Made by a program: the position numbers and the translations under genes. From NCBI RefSeq assembly GCF_036321535.1, contig NC_087447.1:40550001-40614000 (forward strand): a stretch of 64,000 nt of DNA, given 5' to 3'. The notes beneath the pieces are model-generated. The model ran no database searches, was not told where the DNA came from, and was given only the letters and a program-made list of their open reading frames with translations. The stretch comes from Camelus dromedarius (lineage: Eukaryota). Each line of letters starts with the position of its first letter. Within the stretch, counting starts at the first letter, position 1. This document shows positions 35,231-47,563 of this stretch, piece by piece.

Positions 35231-35844
35231 TAGGAGAGCACAGTTGAAATAGCAACTAAAATGGTTTTACTCCTTCAACCCAGCACCAAGGACAGAGAAT
35301 TCAGTAGCCTGGCTGACAGAAGAGTGTCTTCCATCCTGGGGCTCAAGCTCCTATCCCAGGGAGTCAAGGGCCCCACGAGGAGCATCCTCGTCCAGGAGGT
35401 CTGGCGTGGGTACCACCCTGTCCTTGGTGGACTCTGTGATACCACGGCTTCCTGGTGCAGCAGGTGGAATTGTTACTGAATTTGCTGTAGTGCACAATAG
35501 AAGACCTAGAGTTTCTGTCTCTGACTCATGTTTCTATTTAAAATGGAAAGGGATACTGTTAAAATAAAAGTTTCCTTTCGGATGCTTTCAAAACTCAACC
35601 TCCCATCCTGCCCAGGTTCCCTTTGATAATCCATGGGTAAGAATCCCCAAGTCTAGTCTGTACGTGGGCAAACTGTTGTTTATTCTCTAGCTTTTGTTCA
35701 TAGGTTTGGTTTTTATGTTTTTCAAGGTAATTTGGGCTGATCACTAACCAGCAAGGCCACGAAAGTGCTGGCAGTACAGGTTTAAGGCATTTTTAAGACC
35801 TATGTTGGGCACTGCTAACAGTGGGTTCTAGGACTGCATGGTAA

Positions 35845-36055
35845 TAATGACTATAGTAATGATGATCTCTCACACAGTACAAATCATTTAACAGGATCAC
35901 TTAATTTATTCTTTTCAAAAACTGAAAATCTGGCATGTGACTGAAGACTAGCCTCCTTTTACAGGTGTGGGAGCTGCAACTCAGACACTGATTGCAAACA
36001 GACGGCCCATCTGGGGTCAGTATCCACACTTCTGACTTCTGGTCCAGCGGTCTAT
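35845..36055 (-). mobile_element. MIR SINE (degenerate)
   Basis: 'ccttttacaggtgtgggagctg', 'tctgacttctggtccag'. Confidence 0.45.
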
Positions 36056-36769
36056 TTATTTCCCCTACTGTGAGCTGAGCAGTGTGGGAACTCCAGATTT
36101 TATTGACATGGTGGTTTGTGATATGGTTCCAGGGAGGTCACCTGACCTCTCTCTGCCTGGAAAGGGGGGAAACCTGTGATCCCTCTCCCTCCCTCTCTTC
36201 AAATTTCCAAGGAGGAAGAAGCTCTCAGTCCAAGTGGGAGCCTGAGCCTGGTTTGTAGGCAATGGGTGTACAGGTGGCTCATTGCCGTGTGCCCCAGGGC
36301 AGCAGTAAATTGATATTTGCTGATCTCCAAGCCTCTGGCAGAGATGGGGAGTGAGGGCTGGGAAAGTGACATTTCTGTAAATAATCACACCTGGTTCTAA
36401 GAGCAGAAGGATTGGCATGTCCTTGTAGCCTCATCAATTACCATCAACCTTTTGCGAAGGGAGCCCCAGGGGAAAGAATCTCTTCACACTCTTCTGATTA
36501 TTTATAGACACCCCCTCCTGTCCTCACTCTGGGTGGAGTATGGTTTGCCCCGCAGTGGCCTCTTTCCAGATGTGTTTATATTCTTCCAGGCCCAGTGGAA
36601 TGCATCTTTCCGCCCCACCACTAAATGGAGCAGAGGCGATGCCCGACATTAGGACATAATAAAGATGTGGAAGGGAGACATGGAACAGCATGCCTGAATT
36701 TCTCAGCTAGATTCATGTATCTTCTGGCAAACACTGACTGAATAGCCACTTTGCTGCTAAAGAAGGCAA

Positions 36770-36990
36770 TTCAGCATAGTGATTCAATAAACATGCTTTG
36801 CAAGCAGATAGACCTGAATTTAAATCCCAGCTCTCCATTTACCAGCTTTGTGGCTTTGGTTAAGTTACTTAAAGCTTCTGCCTCCATCTCCTCATCTGTA
36901 AAATGGGCCAATAATACCTCCTCTCAGGGTCATTGTGAGGTCTGAATGCAAAGGGCTGAGCAGTGCCTGACACAGCAGGTAATGGGTATA
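36770..36990 (+). mobile_element. MIR SINE
   Basis: 'gacctgaatttaaatcccagctctccatttaccagctttgtggctttggttaagttactta...ctcatctgtaaaatggg'. Confidence 0.88.
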
Positions 36991-37018
36991 TGGTACCTAT
37001 TCTTTTTTTTTTTTAATT

Positions 37019-37125
37019 TAAACTATGAAACGCTTCATGAATTTGCATGTCATCCTTGCACAGGGGCCATGCTAATCCTTTCTGTGTTGTTCCAAATTTT
37101 AGTATATGTGCTGCTAAGCAAGCAC
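37019..37125 (-). pseudogene. RNU6: Full-length U6 snRNA retropseudogene
   Basis: Reverse complement reads GTGCTTGCTTAGCAGCACATATACTAAAATTTGGAACAACACAGAAAGGATTAGCATGGCCCCTGTGCAAGGATGACATGCAAATTCATGAAGCGTTTCATAGTTT, i.e. diverged U6; poly(A) tail at ~37003-37014; perfect TSD tggtacctattctt at 36991-37004 and 37126-37139. Confidence 0.96.
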
Positions 37126-37155
37126 TGGTACCTATTCTTGTAAGATACGATTTGC

Positions 37156-37158
<3 letters not shown>

Positions 37159-37204
<46 letters not shown>
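37159..37204. repeat. (TG)23 microsatellite
   Basis: Directly visible. Confidence 0.97.
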
Positions 37205-37205
<1 letters not shown>

Positions 37206-37259
37206 TTTGGATAGAAATATGTCTGAAGAAACAGAGGCAGTGTAAGCAGTACAGGCAGG

Positions 37260-37500
37260 GAATTTTTGTTGAAAAAGCAACTGTTAAAACCTACAGAAGG
37301 AGAGCTCTCCATGGACAAGGTGGGTCAGAGAGGACTTCTTTGCAGAAGAGGTGACTGAGGTACCTGAGTATCAGAGGTATGTTATCGGACATGCCAGTAG
37401 GGTAGCCACCACCTGACTGTGGATTGGCAGAATGTCTCAGACCAGCTTTTAGGAAAGGCTGTTTTAGCCTGGGAAGGAGGCTGGGGCTGCCAGGATCCTG
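37260..37500 (-). mobile_element. L2 fragment
   Basis: 'gggtcagagaggacttctttgcagaagaggtgactgag'. Confidence 0.5.
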
Positions 37501-37734
37501 TGTCAAGGCTTGGCAGCCTCTCCAGATGGAGAGCTTTGTTGGCACGCTACACTCTGAGTGGGACATTCGTTTCACAAGTAATCCAGCCCTAGCAGAAGTG
37601 CGGCTGCCTAAAAAGCACCCCTGCCCCAGAAAAGATACATCTTGGGGTAAATTTCTGCAGAATGGATTGTCCTGCTCAGTTCTCTCCTTTCAAATGGTCT
37701 ACCTTCACTGAAATACAGTGATTACCCCATTGTG

Positions 37735-40700
37735 AACTTTTGTATTAGAAGTCATTACTACAAATACATAAATTTAAAAAATTAGACGTAATAGTACAAG
37801 GAACCCTCACGTACCTGTCACTCAGCCACACAGTAAACTCACAGCCACTTTCATTTCATTTATACTTTTCCTGCCAGACTGTTTCAAACACATCCCCCAA
37901 ATCATATTGTTTCACCTATAAATATTTGTGTATGCCTTTCTAAGAGATAAGAACTTTTTAAAAGAACAATCTTATCATGATTACAAGGAAGAAAATTAGC
38001 AAGTTCTTAATACCATTAAATATCTAGCTAGTGTTCAAATTTCCACAATTGTCTCCTATTTTTTCCAGATGAATCAGGTTCTAAATAAGAGTCACGCATT
38101 GCAAGTGGCTGGTATTTCTTTTAGTCTCTTTGATTTATAGATTCCCCTGCCCTCTTTTTATTCCCTTGCAATTAATTTGTTGAAGAGACCACGTCATTTC
38201 CTACTTCCCGGATAGGACTGCACCACTGTGGTGTTACCTACCTTGCTCCTTTGTCCCTTGTATTTCCCATAACATGGCAGCTCACCTGGTGACTTGGTCT
38301 GATTCAGATTCATTTGTTATTTTCAAGGCTATATTGTAGGTACTGTTGTGTGCTTCCATCAGCCATCTCGTAACGACTGGTTGTCTCCTTTGTGATATAA
38401 CGGCCATTGGTCCGCATTACCCAGATCCATGATTTCATTTGGGGATTTGAAAAATGGTGACATTCTAACTCTATCATTAGTTCCTCATTTATTACCTGGG
38501 CTATTCCCATAAAGAACTACTTTCTTATCAACTATGTGTTCAATTTATGACAGTTTAATCAGGAAAAAATGGGTTAAATGCTTGATTCTTTCCCTACACT
38601 TAACCAGTATTCAGAATTAGTGGGTTGGTTCCTTTACATCCTCCAGTGGTGACCAATGAGACTTTTTGTTTTATAGTATCATTAGGAAGTCATGGATTTA
38701 AAAATACTCCATGTGTTTCGACCCATTGCAACCAGTGTTCTCTTTGATTCTCAGGTTTTCCCATCTCTGGCCAGTGAATGGGCGCTTCTTTCCTGAGCTA
38801 CTTCCCAATTTCTGACACAACCATGACCTTAGTTGTTGTTGATAGATTCCTTGCTTTTTGGAAAGAAAAGATGTCCAATCTTGGAAGTGAAAATATTTCT
38901 TAAAGAGAAAACATGCTGTAAGTTTATACTGATATTTTCAATTCAAATTTAGGATCACAGGGCTTTGCTTAACTTCTTTGATTTTATTATGCATCTTTTT
39001 CTTTTATGCTAAAAGTCTTGGTTCTTAATGACAATGGCATGATTGCTTATTTTCTTTATCCCTTTTTAAACACCTACACACATCTATTCATATCAAATCA
39101 ATATCAAATGTATGATTAGTGAAAATATTATTATTATTATTGCAGATCTTGGGTACATCTTACTAGAGGCAGACATTTGAATTACTGTATTTTCAAATCA
39201 TTTAAAATAACATGCTTCTGCATAATTAAGCCATCAATTCAGTGCACAGTTAGGGCCACTTATTTTATTTTCCCCTTGATTTTAGGAATTGCCTTTTTCA
39301 TTCTGATTCAATGTTATTTATAACCACCTAAAACATTTTCATGGTTCTAAAATTGGGTCTAAAAAACAACATATTATTCAAAGAAGTCCAGCTTCTATCC
39401 CAAACTCATCTCTCTTTTTTCTCCTTTCCCTTTAGACAATTTTATTTATTTTATGGTTTACCCTTCCATAATTTTTACATAAGCAAAACCTTACATGCAT
39501 ACATATATACTTTCTTAGATGGTAGCTTATTATATATACTTTAGCTCACCTTTTTTCCCACTTAGCATTATATTCTGAAAATCACACCATGGTGACTTAT
39601 AGATGTTCCACGTGCCCTTCTATAGTTGCATTGTACTTAACTATTTGACTATGTCAAAGTTCATTCAACTCGTCCCCTACTGATGGACATTTGGGTTTTT
39701 GCTATTACAAAAATATGTTTTCATGTTTTTGTGTTTCTGTCATTGTTTCTTTAGGACAGATTCCGACAAATAGGCTTCCTGGGTCAGAGTGCATACATGA
39801 TTTTGCTAGATATTGCCAAATTCCTCTCCATTGGATTTGTGCCTTTTTGCATTGTTTCCAGCAGTGATGAGAGTGCCTGTTTTCTCAAAGCCTGGACAAA
39901 AGAGAATTTGTCCAACTACTGGGTTTTTGCCACTCGGATAATTGGAAAAATAGCATATTACTATATTTTAAATTTGCCTTTTATTATGTACACAATCAAG
40001 AGCTTTTCATATAGATAAAAGGCATTTGCATTTCATTTTCTGTGATTTGTCTGTATGTATCTCCAGCCTTTTTTTCTCTATATGATTATTGATCTTTTGT
40101 TCTTTCTTTTAAAAAGTTCTTTAAATATAGAAATACTAACCCTTTATCTATGATAAAAGTTGAAAAACTTTGTTATTTATAAGTCTCTTTACTTTCCTTA
40201 TGGTGTTTTTTTTTCCTATGTAAGTAAACAGGTTTTTGTTTGTCTTATTTTCATGTAATAAAATTCATTAATCTTTTCCCTTATGACTTCTTGAAATTGA
40301 GTCAAAGGTAGGAAAGTTCCCCCTCACACTCAGATTGTAGAATAATTCAGACTTGTTTTTTTCAGTACTTGTATGGATCCTTTTAATACATTTAACTTTC
40401 TCATCCACTTGGAATTTATCTCGGTATACAATGTAGAGAATGAATACAATTTTATATTTTTACACATGTCTATTCAGTCAGTCCGTACCTTTGATTAAAA
40501 AGACCATCATTTCCCCCACTAATCTGAGATTTTGCCTTCATAGCATACTAAATTTCCTAATGCAGTTAGGTCTGTTTCTGAATTTTCTATTTTGTCCTAT
40601 GAGTCTATACATGTAACACCAACACACATTTTTTTTTTAACTGAAGTATAGTCAGTTTACAATGTTGTGTCCATTTCTGGTGTACAACATAACGTTTTAG

Positions 40701-41870
40701 TCATACATATACATATATATGTTCCTTTTCATATTCATTTTCATTATAGGTTACTATAAGAGATTGAATATATTTCCCAGTGCTTTACAGTATAAACTTG
40801 TTGTATATCTATTTTATATATAGTAGTTAGTGTCTGTAAATCTTGAACTCCCAATTTATTACCTTCCCACCCCCATCCCCCCAGTAACCATAAGTTTGTT
40901 CTCTATTCTGTGGGTCTGTTTCTGTTTTGTAAATAAATTCATTTGTGTCTTTTTTTAAGATTGCACATATGAGTGATATCATATGTTATTTTTCTTTCTC
41001 TTTCTAGCTTATTTCACTTAGAGTGACAATCTCTAGGTCCATCCATGTTGCTGCAAATGGCATTGATTTTTCTTTTTTATGGCTGAGTAGTATTCCACTA
41101 TATAAATATACCACAGCTTCTTTATCCAGTCATCTATCAATGGACATTTAGGTTGTTTCCATGTCTTAGCTATTGTAAATAGAGCTCCTATGAACATCGG
41201 GGTGCATGTGTCTTTTCAATTTAGAATTTTCTTCACATATATGCTCAAGAGTGGGATTGCTGTATCATATGGTAAGTCTGTTTTCAGTTTTTTAAGGGAC
41301 CTCCATAATATCCTCCATAGCACCACACACTTTTAATTAGAGACATCATAATATGTTTTAAAATCTGACAAGGCTATCCCTTTCTTCTCTCTCTCTCTTT
41401 TTTTCCAGCTATTTTCTTTTAAAACTTTTTCAGAATCTTCCCATCTTGGCTATTCTTGCTTATCTGTTCTTCCAAATGAATTTTATAATAAACTTATCTA
41501 GCTCTAGAAAGAAAATTAGTCATATTTTTATTGGATTATATTAAATTTATGAATTATGTTAAATTAAATTTTATAAATTAAGTTAGGGGGACCTGAAATC
41601 TTTGATATTGAGTCTTCCTACCCAAGAATATGATATATCTTTCTATTTATGCAAGGTTATTTTTGTGTATTTTTGAATTGTTTTGGAGTTTTTCTTCATA
41701 CAGGTTTTGAACATTTTTTGCTAAATTTATGCCTTGGTATTTAATTTTATTTGGTTTTCACAAAGGGGGTTTTCTCTTCCAGTATAAACTGATTTTTATT
41801 TGTATATATCGACTTGATTTTTGTAGATTGATTTTATACTGTTTTACTACATTTTTTGTTTGTAGTCATT
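37735..41870 (-). mobile_element. Long ancient L1 (L1MC/ME-type) 3'UTR to ORF2, interrupted by a young L1
   Basis: Continuous AT-rich antisense L1 motifs, e.g. 'cccctactgatggacatttggg', 'tccacttggaatttat', 'ggctattcttgct..tgttcttccaaatgaatttta'. Confidence 0.75.
40630..41317 (-). mobile_element. Young 5'-truncated L1 3' end
   Basis: T-tail + 'tgaagtatagtcagtttacaatgttgtg'; degenerate TSD 'caccaacacac' (~40617) and 'caccacacac' (41321). Confidence 0.92.
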
Positions 41871-41871
41871 T

Positions 41872-41945
41872 TACCTGAAACAAATATAATGTTATATATC
41901 AATTATACTGTAAGGGGAAAAAAAAGAATGAGGAAGCTAAAAAAA
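41872..41945 (+). mobile_element. Short L1 3' terminus with A-rich tail
   Basis: 'acctgaaacaaatataatgttatatatcaattatact' followed by A-runs. Confidence 0.55.
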
Positions 41946-42941
41946 TTTTTTTAAAAAAGGAAACAGGCAATTATTTTTACAAAGTCTTGTACCATTAACA
42001 ATCCACCAACAATGTATGAGTGTTCCAGTTGCTCTAAATCCTCATTGACAATTGGTATTATCAGTCTTTTAAATTTTAGCCATTCTAGTGGGTATAGAGT
42101 AATATCTCATTATGATTTTAATTTTAATTTCTTTGATGACTAATGTTTAGCAACTTTTCTTGTGCTTATTAGGCATTTATATGTCTTCTTTTGTAAAGTA
42201 CTTTTTGAAGCATTTGCCCTTTTATTGAGTTTTGGGTCTTTTTATTATTGATTTATTGGAGTTTTTAATATATTTTTGGTACAATTTCTTTGTCAGATAT
42301 ATGTTTTGCAAATATTTTCTCTTAGTCTGTGACTTACTTTTTTCTCCTTAATTCTGTCTTTTGATGAGCAAATGTTATTAATTTTGGTGAAACCCAATTT
42401 ATTTTCTTTTTTATGTATATAATACATTTTGTGTCCTCTCTAGAAAAATTTTCCCTACCCCAGGGTCATAAGAATATTTGCCTATGTTTACTTCTAGTTT
42501 TGTTGTTTTAGTATTTACATTTAAGTCTATTTTTTATCTTGAATTAATTCTTGTATATGGTGTAAGGTGTTTGTTTTTGCTTTTCAGCGTGGATATCTGG
42601 CTGTTTTATTCATTGGAAAGGCTTTTCCTTCCCCATTAAACTGCCTTAGTATCTTAGTTAAAGATCAATTGACTATAAATGTGTGGATCTATTTCTCTTT
42701 TCTCTAGTCTGTTCCACTGATCGGTTTGTTTATCTTACACCAATACTACACTGCCCTGTTTACTGTATCTTTTGAAAGTTTTGAAACCAGGCAATAAAAG
42801 TCCTATGACTTTTTAAAAAAATTAACAAGACTGTTGTGGCTATTCCAGACCATTTTGCATTTTCATTTAAATTTTAGAATCACTTTTAATTTCTATAAAA
42901 AAAGCCTTCTGAGATTTTTTTTAAGGGGTGTGGGGGAGATT

Positions 42942-43315
42942 TGTGTTAGTTTCAAAGGACTGCCATAACAAAATACCACAGACTGGGTGGCTTAAACTAC
43001 AGAAATTTATATTCTCACAGTTCTGGAGGCTGGAGGTCCAAAATCAAAGTGTCAGCAGGCTGACTTTCTCCTTGGCTTGAAGACAGCTGCCTTCACGCTG
43101 TGTCTCCTCATGGTCTTTCCTCTGTGTGTGTCCAGATTTTCTCTTCATGTAAGAACACTGTCAGATTAGATTGGGGCTCACCCTAAGGGCTTTATTTTAA
43201 CCTAATCACCTCTTTAAAGGCCCCATCTCCAGATACAGTCACCTTCTGAGATACTGGGGGTTAGTTAGGGCTTCAACATATGAATTTTGAGTAGGACACA
43301 GTTCAACTCCTAACA
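42942..43315 (-). mobile_element. MaLR solo LTR (MLT1B/C-like)
   Basis: 'tgtgttagttt...gccataacaaaataccacagactgggtggcttaaac...ggacacagttcaactcctaaca'; 5-bp TSD agatt/ggatt. Confidence 0.9.
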
Positions 43316-43846
43316 GGATTGTACTGAATCTATAGATCAATTCTGAGATAACTGACAGCTTAACAATATTGAGCCTTCTAATCCAAGAGCATGTTATATC
43401 TCTCCACATATCTTAAACTTCTTTAATTTCCCAGAGACATTTTATAGTTTTCAGTGTGGAGGGCTTGCATATATTTTGTTAAATTTACCCCTAAATATTT
43501 ATTGTTGCTATTATAAGTGTTATTAAATTTTTTCCCCATCATTTGTGACTAGTGTATAGAAATGCAGTTATTTTTGTATATTTACCTTGTATCTTGAAAT
43601 CTTGTTAAATTCCCTTATTAATTAGTAGATTTTGGGGGTAGATATCTTACATATACAATCATTTACTTTCCCCTTTCCAATCTTTCTACCTTTTCTTCCT
43701 TAATTGCATTAATTGGAACCTTCAGTACAAGGCACAATAGAAGTGGTAAGGTTAGACACCCTTGGCTTATTCTTGATCTTAGAGGAAAAGTGTTCCATGT
43801 GTTACCAATAAGTATGAGGTTAATTTTAGGTTTTTCATAGATATCC

Positions 43847-44274
43847 TGTAACAACCTCGGTGGCTATGAAAATACACCTTTCAGATTTCCAAGTGTGGGA
43901 AGCTGAAAGACTGACAGCCTCAGCAGCTGCAACCTGAAATCCATCACTTTGTGCAGATGCCACACTTCTCAAAGCCTTCTCCCAGCCAGTGCCTAGGAGA
44001 TGTGGGGTTTCTGTGGTAGGGGACATTGGCTTGAGCACTCCCTGATGGCTTTGCCTAATTCCCTACAACTTGCACTGGAGTTTCAGATGCTTCTGCACCA
44101 TCTGCCTTCTTCCCCTTCTCCTTCACCTGAGGTCAGATTTGTATCATGACCTGACAAGTCTCTCATCCTCTTCCAGGACTTCTCATTTCCTCTCACAAGT
44201 GTGTCCTCTAATACATCTCTTGCATGTCTAATCCTGTCTTGGTGTCTGCATCTCAGAAGACCCATACTAATACG
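43847..44274 (+). mobile_element. ERVL-class solo LTR (LTR40/LTR41-like)
   Basis: Starts 'tgta'; 3' end 'aatacatctcttgcatgtctaatcctgtcttggtgtctgcatctcagaagacccatactaatac'; interrupts the host L1. Confidence 0.7.
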
Positions 44275-44666
44275 AAGACTGAAGAATTCCTGTTCTATTC
44301 CTAGTTTGCTGAGAGATGTTTTTTTCTTTAGTCATGAATATATAATGAATTTTGTGAAAGAATTTTTCTGCATTTACTGAAATGATCACATGATTTTTCT
44401 CCTTTTTTTTCCTGTTACACTGATTTCTTTTTAAAAGTTATACCAACCTTGCATTCCTGTGATAAACACTAGTTGGTCATGAAGTTTTATCCTTCTTGTT
44501 TGTTGTTGTATCTTACTTGCAATATTTTCAAGAGTTTTATATCTATATTCATGGGAAGTATTGATCTGTAATGTCTAATGTCTTCAACGGGTTTTAGTAC
44601 CAAAATTATTCTAGTCTCATAAAATTAGTTTGGAAGAGTTCCCTCCTCTTTTATTTTCTAAAAGAA

Positions 44667-45316
44667 TAAAAACTAAAAATAGGCTTACCATATGATCCAG
44701 CAATCCCACTCCTGGGTGTATATATGGAGGGAACTCCAATTTGAAAAGATACATGCACCCCAATGTTCATAACAGCACTGTTTACAATAGCCAAGACATG
44801 GAAACAACCTAAATGTCCACCAACAGATTACTGGATAAAGAAGCTGTGGTATATTTATATAATGGAATACTACTCAGCCATAAAAAGAACAAAATAATGC
44901 CATTTGCAGCAATATGGATAGACCTAGAGATCGTCATTCTAAGTGATGTAAGCCAGAAAGAAAAAGAAAAATACCATATGATATCTGAACTTATTTACAA
45001 AACAGAAACAGACTCACAGACATAGAAAACAAACTTATGGTTACCGGGGTAGGGAGAAAGGGGGTGGGGAGGGATAAATTGGGAGTCTAAGATTTGCAGA
45101 TACTAACTACTATATATAAAATAGATAAACAAGTTTATACTGTGTAGCACAGGGAACCATTATCTTGTAGTAACCTATAATGAGAAAGAATATGAAAAGG
45201 AATATATGCATGTATATGTTTGACTGAAACATTATGCTTACAACCAGACATTGACACAACATTGTAAACTGACTATACTTCAATTAAAAAAGTATATATA
45301 TAATACAAAAAAAAAA
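44667..45316 (+). mobile_element. Young 5'-truncated L1 3' end, sense orientation
   Basis: 'ccatatgatccagcaatcccactcctggg', 'atgccatttgcagcaa', 'cacaacattgtaaactgactatacttcaattaaaaaa' + A-tail. Confidence 0.92.
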
Positions 45317-46464
45317 GAGAGTTTTGTAAGATTAGCATTATTTCTTTGAATGTTTTGATAGAATTCATCAAGGCAGCCATCTGTGCCTGGGGTTTTCTTT
45401 GTTTCCTTCTCTGCATTTTTAGTCTTTATTTCTGGCATACTTTATTGTATGTGGAGACATTATTCTGCACACTATTCTCTTTTTTTCTTTAAATAACTTT
45501 GTGTGGGATTCAAACACAATCCTTTTTGTTGTTGTTCATGCTTGAAGGGCACGAGTTCTCCTATTCATTTTGGAGAGGAGGGTGGGCCAGGTTCATTTTC
45601 TTAGCTTCGTAGCTCTAGGGTTCACTGTGCTATTGTTATTTCCAAGGGTTCAAATATACACCTTATATATTCTAACACCTGTTGGCTCAGTTACACTCCC
45701 CCAGTTTTACCAGGAACTTTTCTTCCCTTTTCCCTAAACGCTTTGTCCTAGATAAATTAGATTCTGCTCTGAGTAATTTCTATTCAGTGTAGGCCTTTGT
45801 TTGGAAGGGAGCTCTTGTTAGTCCCAAGAGTTCATAGAACCCTGACTGCTCCTGCATTCTCTGACCTCGTGTTCATAACCTGAAGTCTGCAAGGCACCTG
45901 CTGTCATGGCTGCTTCTTCCAGACTGTCTTCCTGTTCCCTTGGGAGTCTCTGTTGACCATTTTGGGTTCTCTGAGTCTGAAGTTCAACATGAACCCCTCT
46001 GTCCCTCCTTTGCTCCCCCTGCACACTTGTTGATGCCACCAGGTCTTGGTGGTATCTGTGTTTTTCCCTCAACTGCTCATATTTTAGGGCTGGTGTGGAT
46101 TCCATGTTTTGCTGTTCTGTCTGCAGAATTTTTATATTGCTACCTTATTCTCACTGTCTGTTTGGTGGGGTGATTAAAAAAAATTAAGAATTCCAACCCC
46201 ATTGCTACCAGTGTCCTAGAATCCCTGAATATCCCTGGAAGTTTTATGGTGGAGATGGGGGTGAAGATAGCAAATTATATGCCCACCTGGGAGCTTAAGC
46301 AATATGTACAAACTGCCAAGAGTCCGATTTGATTTTGAAAATGTTAAGACTCTTGTGAGAAAGTACAAAAGACCTTTAGGATTGTTGGTGGCAAGCCCAG
46401 AACACCAAAATGAATTATTGTGAAATAAAAGTGGGAAGAAAAATAAGAAGCTTCTTGCTGAGTT

Positions 46465-46660
46465 CTTCTTGGTACCAGGCATTGTGCAAAGTCTTTTATA
46501 TAAATTTTCTCAATGAAGTCTCTCAACCACCTTATAAGGCAGGTACTGGTAGCACCCCTACATTTTCACTTTTATCACTATGTATTATCATAGGCCAAGT
46601 AGTATCACCCCTACTTTATAGTGTTGAAAATGAGGCATAGAGAGGTTGGTCACTTTTCCA
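46465..46660 (-). mobile_element. MIR SINE
   Basis: 'gtaccaggcattgtgcaaag', 'gaaaatgaggcatagagaggtt'. Confidence 0.65.
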
Positions 46661-46798
46661 GTCTCCCAAACTTCAAAGATGGTGCTCGGAGCCCTTCCAC
46701 CATGCAACCTCCCATCAATTTGCATATATACACCAGTGGGGAAAGGAGCTGATTACTCTCATGTAGGGAATCACTCTCAAGAAGGTACCTAAAATCTT

Positions 46799-46897
46799 AA
46801 AAAAAAAAAAAAGTTTTTTAATGGAGTACTGGAAAATTGAACCTGGACCTTGTGCATGCTAAGCACACACTCTACCACTGAGCTATACCCTCCCACC
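46799..46897 (-). mobile_element. tRNA-derived SINE (camelid Vic-1-like, short form)
   Basis: 'gtactggaaaattgaacctggaccttgtgcatgctaagcacacactctaccactgagctataccctccc'; TSD caagaagRtaYctaaaWtctt at 46778-46798 and 46898-46918. Confidence 0.9.
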
Positions 46898-47309
46898 CAA
46901 GAAGATATCTAAATTCTTGCTTGAGTTGTGGGGAGGGTACCATGTAACTTGTCCTGAGGATGCAATATAGCACTCTCCTTTCCCCCACAAAAAGAAAAAC
47001 TTTTGAAGGAGTATTGTAAGAAAGTGGCAACTCAGTAGTCTAATGGCAGGAGGAGAGGGCCCTCCTCAGTCAGCAGGGCAGCCACGATGGAAGTGTCAGC
47101 GATGGCAAGGCCAGCCTGAGAAGCTTCGGTGGAGGTTACCTAGTGGCAGATAGGAGACAGTCAGGTGAAAGCATCAGGAAGGCTTCAGTTGATCTGGGTG
47201 AGAAAGTATAAGCCAGCCTGCCGTGCTGGAAATGTAGGGGTCCAGGTCTTTGGCTTCCAAGTGATTCTCTGGAGAAACGAAGGCCGTTGATGGAGATTGG
47301 TACCCAGAG

Positions 47310-47552
47310 GCAATATGGAGTAGGCATAGGGGGTCTAGAGCAAGGTGCCCGGCTTCATACTCTGGCTTTGTCAATTCCTGGCTGTGGGACATTTAGCACG
47401 TTACTTTACTTCTTTGTTTCTCTATTCCCTGAGCTGTAAAATGGGGGCAACAGTAATACCTGCTTCATTATGTTGCTGGTGGGATTAAATGAATCAACAC
47501 ATGTAAAGTACTTGCAATGATTCCTTGTGCCCAGTAAGTCTCTATATATGTT
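47310..47552 (+). mobile_element. MIR SINE
   Basis: 'ctgtaaaatgggggcaacagtaatacctgcttcat...ggattaaatgaatcaacacatgtaaagtactt'. Confidence 0.85.
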
Positions 47553-47563
47553 CTTTCCAATTA

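Larger units (their letters stand above)
41970..45405 (-). mobile_element. Old L1 (L1MB-type) ORF2, interrupted by two LTRs and a young L1
   Basis: Colinear antisense ORF2 motifs resume after each insertion, e.g. 'ggattgtactgaatctatagatcaat' (43316), 'ttctattcctagtttgctgagag' (~44292), 'gaattcatcaaggcagccatctgtgcctgg' (45361). Confidence 0.85.
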
